A stretch of 64,000 nucleotides of DNA from Deltaproteobacteria bacterium (GTDB lineage: Bacteria > Myxococcota_A > Polyangia > Fen-1088). The notes below the pieces were generated by a model, which was not told the DNA's origin, ran no database searches, and saw nothing but the letters and a program-made list of their open reading frames with translations. Where the stretch lies: contig JANRKS010000028.1 in assembly GCA_033763315.1 (NCBI GenBank), positions 96,001 through 160,000 of the forward strand, read 5' to 3'. Shown piece after piece: positions 31,726 through 41,883 of the stretch; within the stretch, counting starts at the first letter, position 1; each line of letters begins with the position of its first letter. A program made the translations under genes and the position numbers.

Positions 31726-33429
31726 ATGTTTTTCTTGCTTGCGGCGCGTGCCCGCGGCCTGGCGTTGTTTCAGCTCATCATCACTTGGGCGCCGTTGCGC
31801 CGCGTGTGTGCACGCGCAGACGTGCAGTTCATATGGGTTTGCCTCGTCTTGTTGGGCGCGTTTACGCTGGTACGGCCGCTGTTTGCCGCCGCTGTGCCCG
31901 AGGAGGTTTTCCGCTCACGTTTCGTGATGGGACAACTCGCCGTCGACGACTATCGCCAACTCGTTTCAGCTGCGCGTCGGCAAAAGCCCATGGTGCCTCG
32001 CGTGTTGTTCGTGCTTTTGCCCGCTGTGCTTTTGGCGTTGGCGGGCGTGCGGCCCCGGTGGCAACAGTGGGAAGCCAGCGGCGGCCTGCGCCGCTTCGTC
32101 ACCACGCTGGTCGTCGTTCTCGCCTGGGCGGGCAGCACCTACAATTACAACCTATATCTCGACGTGGGGCACTGGTTCGACCGCGCCGGTTTGCTGGCCT
32201 TGGCAGCGGCCACATGGTGGTGGCCGCTGGCGCTGCCACCATTCGCCACATGGGTGGTAATCATGTTGTGGGAGGTGTCGTCCGTCGGGCTCGGGCATGA
32301 TGACTTCGATTGGCGGCCCTTAATTGAAGTGTTGGCGTTGTTTGCGTGCTTTGTGTGGCTGTCATTTTGGAAGCGCCTCAACACGCGTCACTTCTTGTTC
32401 GTCGCGCTGTATTCGTTAGCGTCGTATTACTATTTCGCAGGCTACGCGAAGATCTTCTATGGGCCCACGTTCTCGTGGATCATAGACAACCACACGTCGA
32501 ATCTGTTCTTGGCCGCGTGGCAGCACGGCTGGCTGAACTGGTTCTTGAGCGAGCGTGCAGCACTGGTAGCGACGCGCGCTTTGCGCCACATCGATCTTGC
32601 GGCAGGCCTATTCACGGTCTTCGTCGCCGAAATCGGCGTCATCGTGTGGCTGGCCGTGCACCCACGCGCAACACGGGTGTGGTTGTTATGCGCCGCCGGC
32701 CTTCATCTGGGGATCTTCGTGTTTGCGGGCGTGTGTTTTTGGAAGTGGATCGCGATGGATTTGGCGCTGTGGTATTTCCTGCGCGGCGAAGGCGCCTCGC
32801 TGCATGCCGAGATCTTCAAACACAAAGCGGTGCTGGTCTTCGGCGTTGTGCTGTTGCTGTGCTCAGGGCAACGTACTTACTTTAATCCCACCACGGGCGT
32901 CGCTTGGTATGACACCAACTTTAACGAGCTTTACCATCTGCAGGCCGTGGGAAAGAGCGGCAGAACGTACGACTTGGATCCAAATGTGTTCGCGCCTTAT
33001 GACGCGCGCATGACGCAGGAAAACTTTTGCTACTTGTCGGATGAACCCTATTTGACGGCAATCTACGGGCAAACGGGAAACCACGCGGTTTTGCGGAAGC
33101 TTGAGGCCAGCAAAACGGCAGCCGAAGCCTTGGCGGTGCTGAACGCCCACCGCCGGCCATGCACCGATGACAAACGACGAGCCGCCTGGGACACTCTGGT
33201 GAGCCGAACGATGGCGAACATTAACCGTCGAGGCTTGCCTCACCGTTGGTTGGCGCTGCTAGGCCGTTTTGATCACATTTGGTTGCTTCGCAAAGGGCCG
33301 CGGTTTTCCGCCAACGAACCTGTGGTGCGTGTGCAAGTGTGGCGTGAACGCACGCTTTTCACGGGCGATCGCATTGTGTCTGTGAGCAAAACGAAAATTC
33401 ACGAAGTGGACGTGCCGCTGATGCCTTAA
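31726..33429 (+). CDS. HTTM-like polytopic membrane protein
   Basis: YYFAGYAKI, EIG...LHLGIFVFAGVCFW pattern typical of HTTM domains; soluble C-terminal domain. Confidence 0.6.
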   Translation: MFFLLAARARGLALFQLIITWAPLRRVCARADVQFIWVCLVLLGAFTLVRPLFAAAVPEEVFRSRFVMGQLAVDDYRQLVSAARRQKPMVPRVLFVLLPAVLLALAGVRPRWQQWEASGGLRRFVTTLVVVLAWAGSTYNYNLYLDVGHWFDRAGLLALAAATWWWPLALPPFATWVVIMLWEVSSVGLGHDDFDWRPLIEVLALFACFVWLSFWKRLNTRHFLFVALYSLASYYYFAGYAKIFYGPTFSWIIDNHTSNLFLAAWQHGWLNWFLSERAALVATRALRHIDLAAGLFTVFVAEIGVIVWLAVHPRATRVWLLCAAGLHLGIFVFAGVCFWKWIAMDLALWYFLRGEGASLHAEIFKHKAVLVFGVVLLLCSGQRTYFNPTTGVAWYDTNFNELYHLQAVGKSGRTYDLDPNVFAPYDARMTQENFCYLSDEPYLTAIYGQTGNHAVLRKLEASKTAAEALAVLNAHRRPCTDDKRRAAWDTLVSRTMANINRRGLPHRWLALLGRFDHIWLLRKGPRFSANEPVVRVQVWRERTLFTGDRIVSVSKTKIHEVDVPLMP

Positions 33430-33704
33430 CGCCACAGCCGCCACCACTTGCGTGGGGGCCGTGGCGCAAAGAGAAAATCGTCAAGCTCGTTGCCTTGGGA
33501 TTGCGTGCCATCAGGTGTGGCCAATCCGCGCGCAAAGAAATCGTGTTCCAGCCACGCAAAAGGCGAGCGATCATCCACCGCCAGTGACGCTTCGAACAGC
33601 TCCGCCGAGGCGGAGGGAGGGCTGGGTTGCTTTGCGCGACGACGTTTGGCCACAGTTCCACTTTCGTTAAGGGGCCGTCCCCGCAACTCCACGGCCGTAC
33701 CCAT
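33426..33704 (-). CDS. Small hypothetical protein
   Basis: ORF fills the gap, overlaps the convergent stop by 4 nt, ends ...LEHDFFARG...PRKWWRLWR; no family recognised. Confidence 0.4.
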   Translation of the reverse strand: MGTAVELRGRPLNESGTVAKRRRAKQPSPPSASAELFEASLAVDDRSPFAWLEHDFFARGLATPDGTQSQGNELDDFLFAPRPPRKWWRLWR

Positions 33705-33799
33705 CGCCGGCCTCGTCAGGGCCGCTGTCAAGCCACCTCCATCGGTCAAGGAGACTTCTCCGTCTTGTCATCACCAGAGAGCTTACGGACCATTGGGCA

Positions 33800-33819
33800 C
33801 ATCATAAAATTTTGTGATG
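33800..33819. promoter_or_regulatory. AT-rich near-perfect palindrome (possible operator or enhancer)
   Basis: CATCATAAAATTTTGTGATG, one mismatched pair, in the divergent intergenic region. Confidence 0.5.
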
Positions 33820-33910
33820 CATGTTCCTGATCGACGCGAATTTTGCAGGTCAGCTTGGAGAAGCGAAGGAAGTGCGTCATTTTGGGCCGCCCCCCCGAGA
33901 TGTCCTTCGC

Positions 33911-33926
33911 CGGCATGGGCGTTGCA
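33911..33926 (+). promoter_or_regulatory. Sigma54-like promoter
   Basis: CGGCATGGGCGTTGCA = GG-N10-GC with TTGCA, 34 nt before the ATG at 33961. Confidence 0.55.
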
Positions 33927-33960
33927 TCGGAACAACGCGAACAAAGAAAGGGCGTCAGCT

Positions 33961-34383
33961 ATGATCGCACGCATTGAGAGTCACAAAGTAGGGTTGTGCC
34001 GGGGTCCGAAAGACGCGCCCATTCGCACGTTGGACTTGAGTGTGGCATGCGAGGCCGATCCGGGCGTACGCAAGGTGTTCTTGCGGTTCTACGAGCGCAA
34101 GCAAGACACGCTCGGGTTTATCAACGCCGTCAAAGACAACGTCATCGTATTTTTACCTTTGGACGATTTCGCCCTCACTCGCGATCTACTGGATGGCCCC
34201 GAAGATGTGTTTGTGGCTTGGATTGCGAACCAAGAGGGCACACTCGTTTGGGCAGAATTAACCACCGCTGACACGCCCTTGCGCGCCCACCATCTGCCTG
34301 AGGCCAACATCCTGCACCTGGTGGCGCCCGAGGAGAGAAACGAAAGAAACGAGCGGAACGACGAGGTTCTAGCAGGCCAATAA
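33961..34383 (+). CDS. Hypothetical protein
   Basis: SD-like AAAGGG; protein-like alternating beta pattern; C-terminal ERN x3. Confidence 0.65.
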   Translation: MIARIESHKVGLCRGPKDAPIRTLDLSVACEADPGVRKVFLRFYERKQDTLGFINAVKDNVIVFLPLDDFALTRDLLDGPEDVFVAWIANQEGTLVWAELTTADTPLRAHHLPEANILHLVAPEERNERNERNDEVLAGQ

Positions 34384-34424
34384 AGCCGGCCCCCGGCCGT
34401 GCCTTTCGATATATCCTAGGCCTT

Positions 34425-35414
34425 GTGCCAACGAGGACGACCAAGGCAGTTCTGTTCGTCGTGGGGGTGACCGTGGTCGCCGCGATCACCGCGTGCTCAA
34501 CGGACGCTTCGCCACCGCCCGCGTCAGCTGGTGGCGCCGGAGGAGAGGCAACGTCCGAGGGCGGGCAGGCCCAAGCCTCGGCATCGGACGCAGCCTCCAC
34601 CGGCGGCCACACGCCTATGGACGCCGCCCCCCAAACGGGCGGGATGGGTCCAGACGCAGGCATGGGCACTTCGCCCTTGAGTTCGCTGCCCACGCGCAGC
34701 CCCGGTTGTGGCAAACCCGCGGTGGGCACAGGTGCTTACATGCGCGAGAGCATGCAGATCGCCAACAAACCCCGCGCTAATTTTGTTTGGGTACCTGCGA
34801 ACTATGATCCGAACCGCGCCTACGCTTTGCTGTTCACGTTGCATGGCACAGGGGGCGTGGCCCCCGGCGATGGCAAAAACATCGAACTTAGTGCGGGAAA
34901 AGACGCGATCATCATGACCCCGCAGGCGATCGGCGGCACATGGCAGCTGGGGGTGGCTGGCGAAGACGTCATGTTCTGGGATGCCATGCTGCAAAACGCG
35001 CTGAACGCCTTTTGCATCAACCCGCAGCGCGTATTCGTCATGGGTTTTAGCCGCGGTGGCGCGATGACGAATTTGCTGGGCTGTGTACGCGGCGACAAGG
35101 TGCGCGGGCTTGGGCCACAGGCGGGGTGGCAGCCAGCGCCGCAAACCGCTTGCACCGGACGCCCTGCCGCACGCTTTGTTCATGGCGGCCAGGACGGCGT
35201 GGTTCCTGTGGTGCAAGGTTACCGCTCGCGCGATCTGCAAAACGCACGCAATGGCTGTGAGCCCACAACGGATCCTAAGGAGCCAGCACCATGCGTTCAG
35301 CAGCGCGGCTGCATGCCGGGCTCGCCCGTGGTGTGGTGTGAGATCCCGGGCGATCACGGCGCTCCCGTAGAATGGTTGGTGCCAGCGACGTGGCAGTTCT
35401 TCGAATCGCTTTAG
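34425..35414 (+). CDS. Lipoprotein alpha/beta-hydrolase (PHB depolymerase/CE1 feruloyl esterase-like)
   Basis: ITAC lipobox, Gly-rich linker, RSPGCG, VPANYDP...LHG, GFSRGG nucleophile elbow, HGGQDGVV. Confidence 0.85.
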   Translation: MPTRTTKAVLFVVGVTVVAAITACSTDASPPPASAGGAGGEATSEGGQAQASASDAASTGGHTPMDAAPQTGGMGPDAGMGTSPLSSLPTRSPGCGKPAVGTGAYMRESMQIANKPRANFVWVPANYDPNRAYALLFTLHGTGGVAPGDGKNIELSAGKDAIIMTPQAIGGTWQLGVAGEDVMFWDAMLQNALNAFCINPQRVFVMGFSRGGAMTNLLGCVRGDKVRGLGPQAGWQPAPQTACTGRPAARFVHGGQDGVVPVVQGYRSRDLQNARNGCEPTTDPKEPAPCVQQRGCMPGSPVVWCEIPGDHGAPVEWLVPATWQFFESL

Positions 35415-35494
35415 CCATCACCTGAAACGCCCACGCGGGCCTGGGTGAATCGACTTTGAACGTCGCTGCAGAGGGCAGGTAGAACAGGCTTCCC

Positions 35495-36772
35495 ATGAAG
35501 CCTCTCCAAGCGTCTCACGTGGCTGGACTGTCAACCATCACTGGAGGCGCCGTGCGCGGCTTCGCCGAGGCTGCGCTGGATCACGGCAGAGGTCTGCTGC
35601 GTTTGGCGCCATGTTGGGTGCCGCGTGTGTTTTTGCAACCCGGGCTGCGCTTGAAATTGGATCCGCGCGACACGTACGCGTTTGGCCTCAACCGCGGCGG
35701 CATTGATGAACGTTGGTTTGCCTCCACAACGGAAGCCATGAACGAAGATCGCGTGCATGACGAAGGCTTAAGTTACGTGGTGAGCGGAAACAGCCGCGCC
35801 ACGCTGCGAGACGTGGTGGCTGAACTGGGCGCCGCCGCCGTGGGGCCCGACATCTGGAACCAGTACAAGCGTTGGCCGGTGTATTCAAAGTTCTTTGACA
35901 ACAAAGGGCCCATTCCGCACCACATGCACCACAACTGGCAACAAGCGGCGCTTGTGGGGCAAGAAGGCAAGCCGGAAGGTTATTACTTCCCTCCGCAGCA
36001 CAACAGCGTCACCAACAATTTCCCGTACACGTTCTTTGGCTTGAACCCCGAGACAAAAAAAGCTGATGTGCGCCGCTGCTTGGAAAACTGGAACCGCGGC
36101 GACAACGGCATCTTGGATCTTTCGCAGGCCTATCGGTTAAAGCCGGGCACAGGCTGGCTTGTGCCGCCCGGTGTGTTGCACGCCCCCGGCTCCTTGTGCA
36201 CGTACGAGCCGCAGTGGGGCAGCGACGTGTTTGGCATGTATCAAAATTTGGTGGAAGGGCGCGTAGCCGGCTGGGATCTGCTGATTAAGGACATTCCGGC
36301 CGACAAGCACACCGACCTCGATTACTTGGTGGCTCAGCTTGATTGGGAACGCAACGTTGATCGCGACTTCAAACGTCACAGCTATCTTGAACCTTTGGTT
36401 GCGTCCGCGGCCGACGATGGCGCCTGGGTGGATCGATGGATCGTGTACGGCCGCATTGATGGCAGGCAGTGGTTCTCGGCCAAAGAACTCACGCTTTCGC
36501 CGGGCGCCACGTGCACCATCAAAGATGGTGGCGCGTACGGCCTCATTACAGTGCAAGGGCACGGCAAGATGAACCACTTGGACATCGACAGCCCCCGGAT
36601 GATTGGTTTTGGAGAGCTCACGCGTGACGAGATCTTCTGCACCGAAGCCACCGCGCGCGAAGGTGTGACGTTCACGAACACTTCAGAAACAGAGCCTTTG
36701 GTGATGCTGCGCTACTTCGGTCCTGAACGGTTTGCCCAGGCGCCGGCGGTGGGCGATCACCTCAAAGCCTGA
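35495..36772 (+). CDS. Cupin-fold, class I mannose-6-phosphate isomerase-like protein
   Basis: ERW, KFFD...IPHHMH, GKPEGYYF, VPPGVLHAPG, YEPQxxSD mirror the type I PMI metal-binding layout. Confidence 0.7.
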   Translation: MKPLQASHVAGLSTITGGAVRGFAEAALDHGRGLLRLAPCWVPRVFLQPGLRLKLDPRDTYAFGLNRGGIDERWFASTTEAMNEDRVHDEGLSYVVSGNSRATLRDVVAELGAAAVGPDIWNQYKRWPVYSKFFDNKGPIPHHMHHNWQQAALVGQEGKPEGYYFPPQHNSVTNNFPYTFFGLNPETKKADVRRCLENWNRGDNGILDLSQAYRLKPGTGWLVPPGVLHAPGSLCTYEPQWGSDVFGMYQNLVEGRVAGWDLLIKDIPADKHTDLDYLVAQLDWERNVDRDFKRHSYLEPLVASAADDGAWVDRWIVYGRIDGRQWFSAKELTLSPGATCTIKDGGAYGLITVQGHGKMNHLDIDSPRMIGFGELTRDEIFCTEATAREGVTFTNTSETEPLVMLRYFGPERFAQAPAVGDHLKA

Positions 36773-36781
36773 GTCGCCATC

Positions 36782-37921
36782 ATGTCGAAACTGCGCGTGG
36801 GGATGGTGGGCACGGGCTTTATGGGCCGCGTGCACTCGAACGCTTATCGTCACATCACGTCTATCTTTAAGCCCGCCATCGAGCCCGTTTTGCAGGCCGT
36901 GTGCGCGCGCGACGCGGAACACACCACTGAGTTTGCGCGCGCGTGGGGCTATGAACACGTGGAAACCGATTGGCGCCGCCTGATCGCACGCGACGACATC
37001 GACGCCATCGACATCTGTGTGCCCAACCACCTGCATAAAGACATCGCCTTGGCTGCGGCCCGTGCCGGCAAAGCCGTGTTGTGTGAGAAGCCGCTGGCAA
37101 CGTCGTTCGCCGATGCCGAGGCCATGTGCACCGCCGTTGAGGCCGCGGGCGTGGCCAACACGGTGTGGTTCAATTACCGGCGCATGCCCGCTGTGACGCT
37201 GGCGCAGCGGATGGTGGCCGAAGGGCGGTTGGGCCGGATCTATCACTACCGCGCCAGCTTCTTACAAGACTGGACCATAGCCGCCGACATCCCCCAAGGG
37301 GGCAAGGCGCTGTGGCGACTCGACGCAAACGAGGCCGGCTCTGGAGTGCTGGGCGACCTGTTGGCCCACTGCATCGACACCGCCTTATGGATCAACGGGC
37401 CCATCAGCCAAGTGTCGGGCATGACCGAAACGTTTGTGAAAGAGCGCACGCACACCAGCACGGGGACAAAGCAACCCGTGAGCATCGACGACGCGTGCAC
37501 GTTCATGTGTCGCTTCGGCAATGGCTCGCTGGGCGTGTTTGAATCAAGCCGCTATGCGCGCGGACACAAAGCCAACTACACGTTTGAGATCAACGGCGCC
37601 GAAGGCTCATTGCGCTGGTCGCTCGAAGATCTGCATCGGCTGGATTACATGAACCACGGCGATGCCGCGGATGTGCGTGGGTGGCGCTCGATCCATGTTT
37701 CGGATCACGGTGGCAAGCACCCCTATATGGATCATTGGTGGGTGCCCGGGCTGCAGATCGGCTACGAGCACAGCTTCATTCATCACGCGGCCGATTTCTT
37801 GGCGGCCTTGGCCGAAGGCAAGCCGTGCGCGCCGACCTTCCGCGACGCGCTCGGCACCCAACGCATCTGCGAGGCCGTTTTGGCCTCGGCTGCCGAGGGC
37901 CGCTGGTTAAACCTGGCTTAG
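36782..37921 (+). CDS. Gfo/Idh/MocA oxidoreductase, levoglucosan-dehydrogenase-like
   Basis: [16 protein letters not shown], FNYRRx[24 protein letters not shown]. Confidence 0.9.
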   Translation: MSKLRVGMVGTGFMGRVHSNAYRHITSIFKPAIEPVLQAVCARDAEHTTEFARAWGYEHVETDWRRLIARDDIDAIDICVPNHLHKDIALAAARAGKAVLCEKPLATSFADAEAMCTAVEAAGVANTVWFNYRRMPAVTLAQRMVAEGRLGRIYHYRASFLQDWTIAADIPQGGKALWRLDANEAGSGVLGDLLAHCIDTALWINGPISQVSGMTETFVKERTHTSTGTKQPVSIDDACTFMCRFGNGSLGVFESSRYARGHKANYTFEINGAEGSLRWSLEDLHRLDYMNHGDAADVRGWRSIHVSDHGGKHPYMDHWWVPGLQIGYEHSFIHHAADFLAALAEGKPCAPTFRDALGTQRICEAVLASAAEGRWLNLA

Positions 37922-39420
37922 CGGCCTTCCTCTTCCTTCACCGGCACCAGCAACTTCTTGAGTTCGTCTTCGGATTTCCCGGCCAAAACCACGGGCGGAT
38001 TGCGAATCACTTTCAGATCACGGTACCGCACCACCTGCTGCGGATCAAAGTGAATCTGCAGCGCGAGCTGACCCGACAATTCGCCCTTCGGATCCTCAAC
38101 CGCCACCGAGATGGTGCCGTTGACCGCCGTCCAGATCTTGTGCCCCACGGCCAAGATTTCATAGTGGTTCCAACCGCTCCAATCGACGGCCTTTTCGCCT
38201 GTGTCTTTGCGGAACAAATGCATGCGGCCCTCTTCGTGGTAGAGGCGCCCCCATAAGCCCGTGCCCACGTCCGCTTGGTAACCACGCGCACCGTTTCCGC
38301 CTTCGATGTGTTGGCTGCGAAATTGAATGCCGCTGTTGCGATCGTGCGACGGCGTTTGTTTGATCCACACCGAAAGATAGAAATCCTTGAGTACCGCCGT
38401 GTTGTGCCAAAGGAAACTGTTGTGGTGCATATACTGCTTCGAGTCGCCGACGATTTGGCCATCCTCGACGCGCCAAAACCCTGGCTCGCCCGTCCAACCA
38501 TCAAGGTTCTTGCCGTTGAACAGCTTTAACTCTTCCTCCGGCCCGGCGCACGATTGATTCGATACAGCGCCGATCTCCTCAGCGGCGTGCGTCATCACCT
38601 GCACCTCCACGCGTGTGAGCTCGGGATCAATCATATCGATCGCCCATAGACGCTCACCATTCACCTTGGGAAAGTGCTTGTCCTCATGGGCGAGGCCGGT
38701 CTTAAAAAGGTGGCAGTACGCAGCGTCGATGTTATCCACCGCGAAGTTGATATGATAGGCGGATCCGGCGGCCCAGCGGTTGATGGGGCCCCATACAAAA
38801 ATAAGTTCGATCACGTCCTTGGCGCTTCCGGGCAGCAAATACTTGATCAACGTGGGGCGACCGCCCTTGTCGTTCATGCGGAAGGACTCTTCAAGGCCGA
38901 GGGTGTCGCGGTAAAACCGCATCGCCGCGTCTTCTTCTTTGTGGTTCACCACCAGGCCCACGTGCTGCAAGTGCTGCGAGAAGCCAGGAGCTGGTTTGGT
39001 TGCCACCGGCACGCCTTTGCTTCGCACGAAGCGCAACAGATGGCCGAAGGGATCGCGCACCTGCAGCTCTTGTCCCTGCTTTTCATAGGCCACATTGCGC
39101 AGCTTTAGGTTGGCCTCCACGGCCTTAAGGTCTGGCGCAGCCAAACCCACGCTGTGCATGTGAATCACCGCGTTCGGCACCGCGCCTGGCAGAAACTCAA
39201 GGTATTGCGAAGCGCCCACAGCGAACCGCAACGACTGGCCCACGCGTTGTTCGCGAAAGCCCGCGCCGTTTCCGTAAAAATCGCTGATGGCCGCCATATC
39301 GTGGGCCCGCAGCGTGGCGCCGGCGATGCCATTGATAGGCAGCGGCGGAGCCGCACGCGCACGGGAACCGAAAGCAAACAACCCACCAAAGAGAACCAAC
39401 GCGCGAAAAAATGTGCTCAC
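37918..39420 (-). CDS. Secreted VOC-VOC-DUF1080 fusion protein
   Basis: Signal peptide ending ARA; two glyoxalase-like modules ([10 protein letters not shown]; HVGL...FYRDTLG...HINF...DPELTRVE); [10 protein letters not shown]...NSGIQFRS...GYQADVG...WNHYEI...ALQIH...YRDLKV. Confidence 0.85.
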   Translation of the reverse strand: MSTFFRALVLFGGLFAFGSRARAAPPLPINGIAGATLRAHDMAAISDFYGNGAGFREQRVGQSLRFAVGASQYLEFLPGAVPNAVIHMHSVGLAAPDLKAVEANLKLRNVAYEKQGQELQVRDPFGHLLRFVRSKGVPVATKPAPGFSQHLQHVGLVVNHKEEDAAMRFYRDTLGLEESFRMNDKGGRPTLIKYLLPGSAKDVIELIFVWGPINRWAAGSAYHINFAVDNIDAAYCHLFKTGLAHEDKHFPKVNGERLWAIDMIDPELTRVEVQVMTHAAEEIGAVSNQSCAGPEEELKLFNGKNLDGWTGEPGFWRVEDGQIVGDSKQYMHHNSFLWHNTAVLKDFYLSVWIKQTPSHDRNSGIQFRSQHIEGGNGARGYQADVGTGLWGRLYHEEGRMHLFRKDTGEKAVDWSGWNHYEILAVGHKIWTAVNGTISVAVEDPKGELSGQLALQIHFDPQQVVRYRDLKVIRNPPVVLAGKSEDELKKLLVPVKEEEGR

Positions 39421-39503
39421 AGTTTCACCAGAATAACTGAACCAATTCGTATCAACGTGCGAATACGTCTGCCTGTGTGCTCCAGGCGACGCTGGGCAGT
39501 GCC

Positions 39504-41087
39504 TTATGTTGGGTTTACGTCGTGGCTGCGCAACTGCACGGGCCGGTAACCACCGCGCGACCGGAAGTGCAGCAGAATGAACACGAACGCCACCGCCATC
39601 ACGGCCGGCAAGAGTGCCGCCACCCGCAACGTGCTGCGACCCGTTTCTTGCAGTTTCGCCAGCAGCGCGGGCTTTTGTGCCGACGGGAACTCGGGCTGCA
39701 ACACCACCGCATCAGCGTTGATGCTTTCGTAGCGCACGCCAAACAGGCTCTTCTCGGCGTAGATCGGCTTCTTGTCGTCCGATCGGCCGAACGTGCGCTT
39801 TTCGCTTTTGATGGCCGCCAACACCGTGGGCGACGCCGCCGCGATTGTTTTGGCGTTGTAGTTGTCTTGCACGGCGCCGAAGAACGGAAAGCCAAAGATG
39901 CCCACCGTCAAAAGGCCCATCGCCGAAACTGTGTTTAAGGTCATGGCGCCGCCGCGGGGAAACTGCTCCGAGACCAGGCCCAAAACCGTGGGCCAATAAA
40001 ACGTTTGCCCCACGGCAAAGAACACGAACGCCAAAAACACCACAAACCCCGACGAAACCGACAAGAAGTAAAGGCCGATCACCGAGCACAACGAGCTGAC
40101 CAGCAGCAACGCGGGCGGCGACAAATAGCGCAGCGGCACGCCTGCGAAGAAGCGCAAAACCATCATGATGGCGGCTGAGATCACCAAAGCCCAACCGGCG
40201 TGTTCGCCCATCGCTGGCTCCATGAGCTTCTTGATCCAACCGTCCGTGCCCAATTCCGTGGCGGCCAGCGGGATCATGATCGCGCACAGAAACACAAACA
40301 GCCACCGCCCCTTTGATTTCACCGCAAAGCCCATTGCGGCGCCGCCCACAAGGCCGACCAACACGCAGCTCCACAAGCGCCCATCATCGGTGAAGAAGCC
40401 AAGCTGTACGCTGAGCTCGTAGCACAAGAATGTGATCGCCATAAACGCGCCCATGCCACCCAATTCGCGCAACATCTCGAGCGTCGAAATGTTGTTGGCC
40501 ACGCGCTCGTCAACGGGAAACCGTTTGACCAACGCAAACAGCACGCCGTAAGCAACCACAGGCAACATCAGAAACCAGAACACGGTTTCCGCGGCCTGCC
40601 ACGTGGTGGCGTTTCTATAAAGCGTAAGATAGAGGCTTCCGCCCATCACCACGCCCAACGGCCACGCGGCGTGCAGGATGTTCAGCATCTTGCTTTTCTG
40701 GGTCGGATACACCGACGCGCACAGCGGATTGATGATGGCCTCGACCGCGCCGTGCCCCGCGCCCGCCGCCAAGCACGCCACCCATAAAGCAGTGTAGCTG
40801 TGGGCGGTGACGGTCAGAATCACAGACAGGCTTTGCAGCACCATGGCGATGTACATCGACAGCCGGTAGCCGATGCGGTCAACCACCAAGCTGAACAGAA
40901 TCATCACGACCGCGACCGGCCACAGGCTGGCCCCAAACAGCACGCCCACTTCGGTGGCAGAAACCTCGAAGTGGGATCCCCATAAACCCGGGACCATGGA
41001 GCGGAACACAAAGCCCGCCCCCGCCGCCGCCAGCGCCAAAAAACTGCCTGCAAAGAGCAACTGCTTTTCCTTGGTGGTCAGGTCCAT
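39504..41087 (-). CDS. MFS sugar transporter
   Basis: ~12 TM; VDRIGYR, GAVEAIINPL, ATELGTDGW, WPTVLGLVSEQFPRGGA. Confidence 0.88.
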   Translation of the reverse strand: MDLTTKEKQLLFAGSFLALAAAGAGFVFRSMVPGLWGSHFEVSATEVGVLFGASLWPVAVVMILFSLVVDRIGYRLSMYIAMVLQSLSVILTVTAHSYTALWVACLAAGAGHGAVEAIINPLCASVYPTQKSKMLNILHAAWPLGVVMGGSLYLTLYRNATTWQAAETVFWFLMLPVVAYGVLFALVKRFPVDERVANNISTLEMLRELGGMGAFMAITFLCYELSVQLGFFTDDGRLWSCVLVGLVGGAAMGFAVKSKGRWLFVFLCAIMIPLAATELGTDGWIKKLMEPAMGEHAGWALVISAAIMMVLRFFAGVPLRYLSPPALLLVSSLCSVIGLYFLSVSSGFVVFLAFVFFAVGQTFYWPTVLGLVSEQFPRGGAMTLNTVSAMGLLTVGIFGFPFFGAVQDNYNAKTIAAASPTVLAAIKSEKRTFGRSDDKKPIYAEKSLFGVRYESINADAVVLQPEFPSAQKPALLAKLQETGRSTLRVAALLPAVMAVAFVFILLHFRSRGGYRPVQLRSHDVNPT

Positions 41088-41154
41088 GGGGGTTGTTTGT
41101 CTTCCCACCTCCGGTGCACACGTTCAATCCATCGAAAGTTCTACGTGTGCATGC

Positions 41155-41778
41155 TTAAACGGCCGGCTTGACCTGTTGGACCAGCTCAACCTCCAACGAA
41201 ATCTCCACGGATTCCCCGACCACGACGCCGCCCGTCTCAAGCGCCATATTCCACACCAAACCCCAGTCTTTGCGGTTGATCGTCGCGGAAGCGGTGGCGC
41301 CTCGCTTGGTGTTGCCCCAGGGGTCTTTCACCGCCGTGGGCAACGGATCCACGTTCAACGTCACCGGGTGCGTCACGTTGCGAATGGTCAAGTTGCCCGT
41401 GACTTCCAGACGACCGTTGGCCAGGGGCAAAACCTTGGTGGATTCAAACGTCACGAACGGGAAGGCCTCCACGTTCAGAAAATCGGCGCTGCGCAGGTGC
41501 TCGTCGCGTTTTGCGTCCCGCGTATCCAGTTTGCGCGCGTCAATCTTCACCGAAACGCGCGACTTTGACAGATCCTTCTCGTGCAGTTCAAGCACCCCTT
41601 GCACGGGCCCCAATTCGCCTTTGACGTTCGAGACCATCAGATGGCGCACGCGGAACTGGGCGCTCGAGTGCGAAGCATCCACGGCCCACGTGGTGGCGGG
41701 TGAAGCGGCGTGCGCGGCCTCGGGGGAAAAGGCGGGAACGGCGATAAGTGTGGCAACGGCAAGTGTGGTCGATTTCAT
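41155..41778 (-). CDS. YceI family periplasmic protein
   Basis: WAVDASHSSAQFRVRHLMVS, RDEHLRSADFL, GNLTIRNVT, INRKDWGL; SD AAGGAG. Confidence 0.95.
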   Translation of the reverse strand: MKSTTLAVATLIAVPAFSPEAAHAASPATTWAVDASHSSAQFRVRHLMVSNVKGELGPVQGVLELHEKDLSKSRVSVKIDARKLDTRDAKRDEHLRSADFLNVEAFPFVTFESTKVLPLANGRLEVTGNLTIRNVTHPVTLNVDPLPTAVKDPWGNTKRGATASATINRKDWGLVWNMALETGGVVVGESVEISLEVELVQQVKPAV

Positions 41779-41868
41779 GAGCGTCTCCTTGTGTGCGGAC
41801 GTTGTGTCCGTGAGTTCAAGATGCCCGTCCTGCTGCGATTCCTCCAGACGATGTTCTTTATGGTCTAT

Positions 41869-41883
41869 ATTCGTTTAATGAAT
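41869..41883. promoter_or_regulatory. LysR-type T-N11-A box overlapping the lysR start
   Basis: ATTC-GTTTAAT-GAAT dyad between divergent yceI and lysR. Confidence 0.55.
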
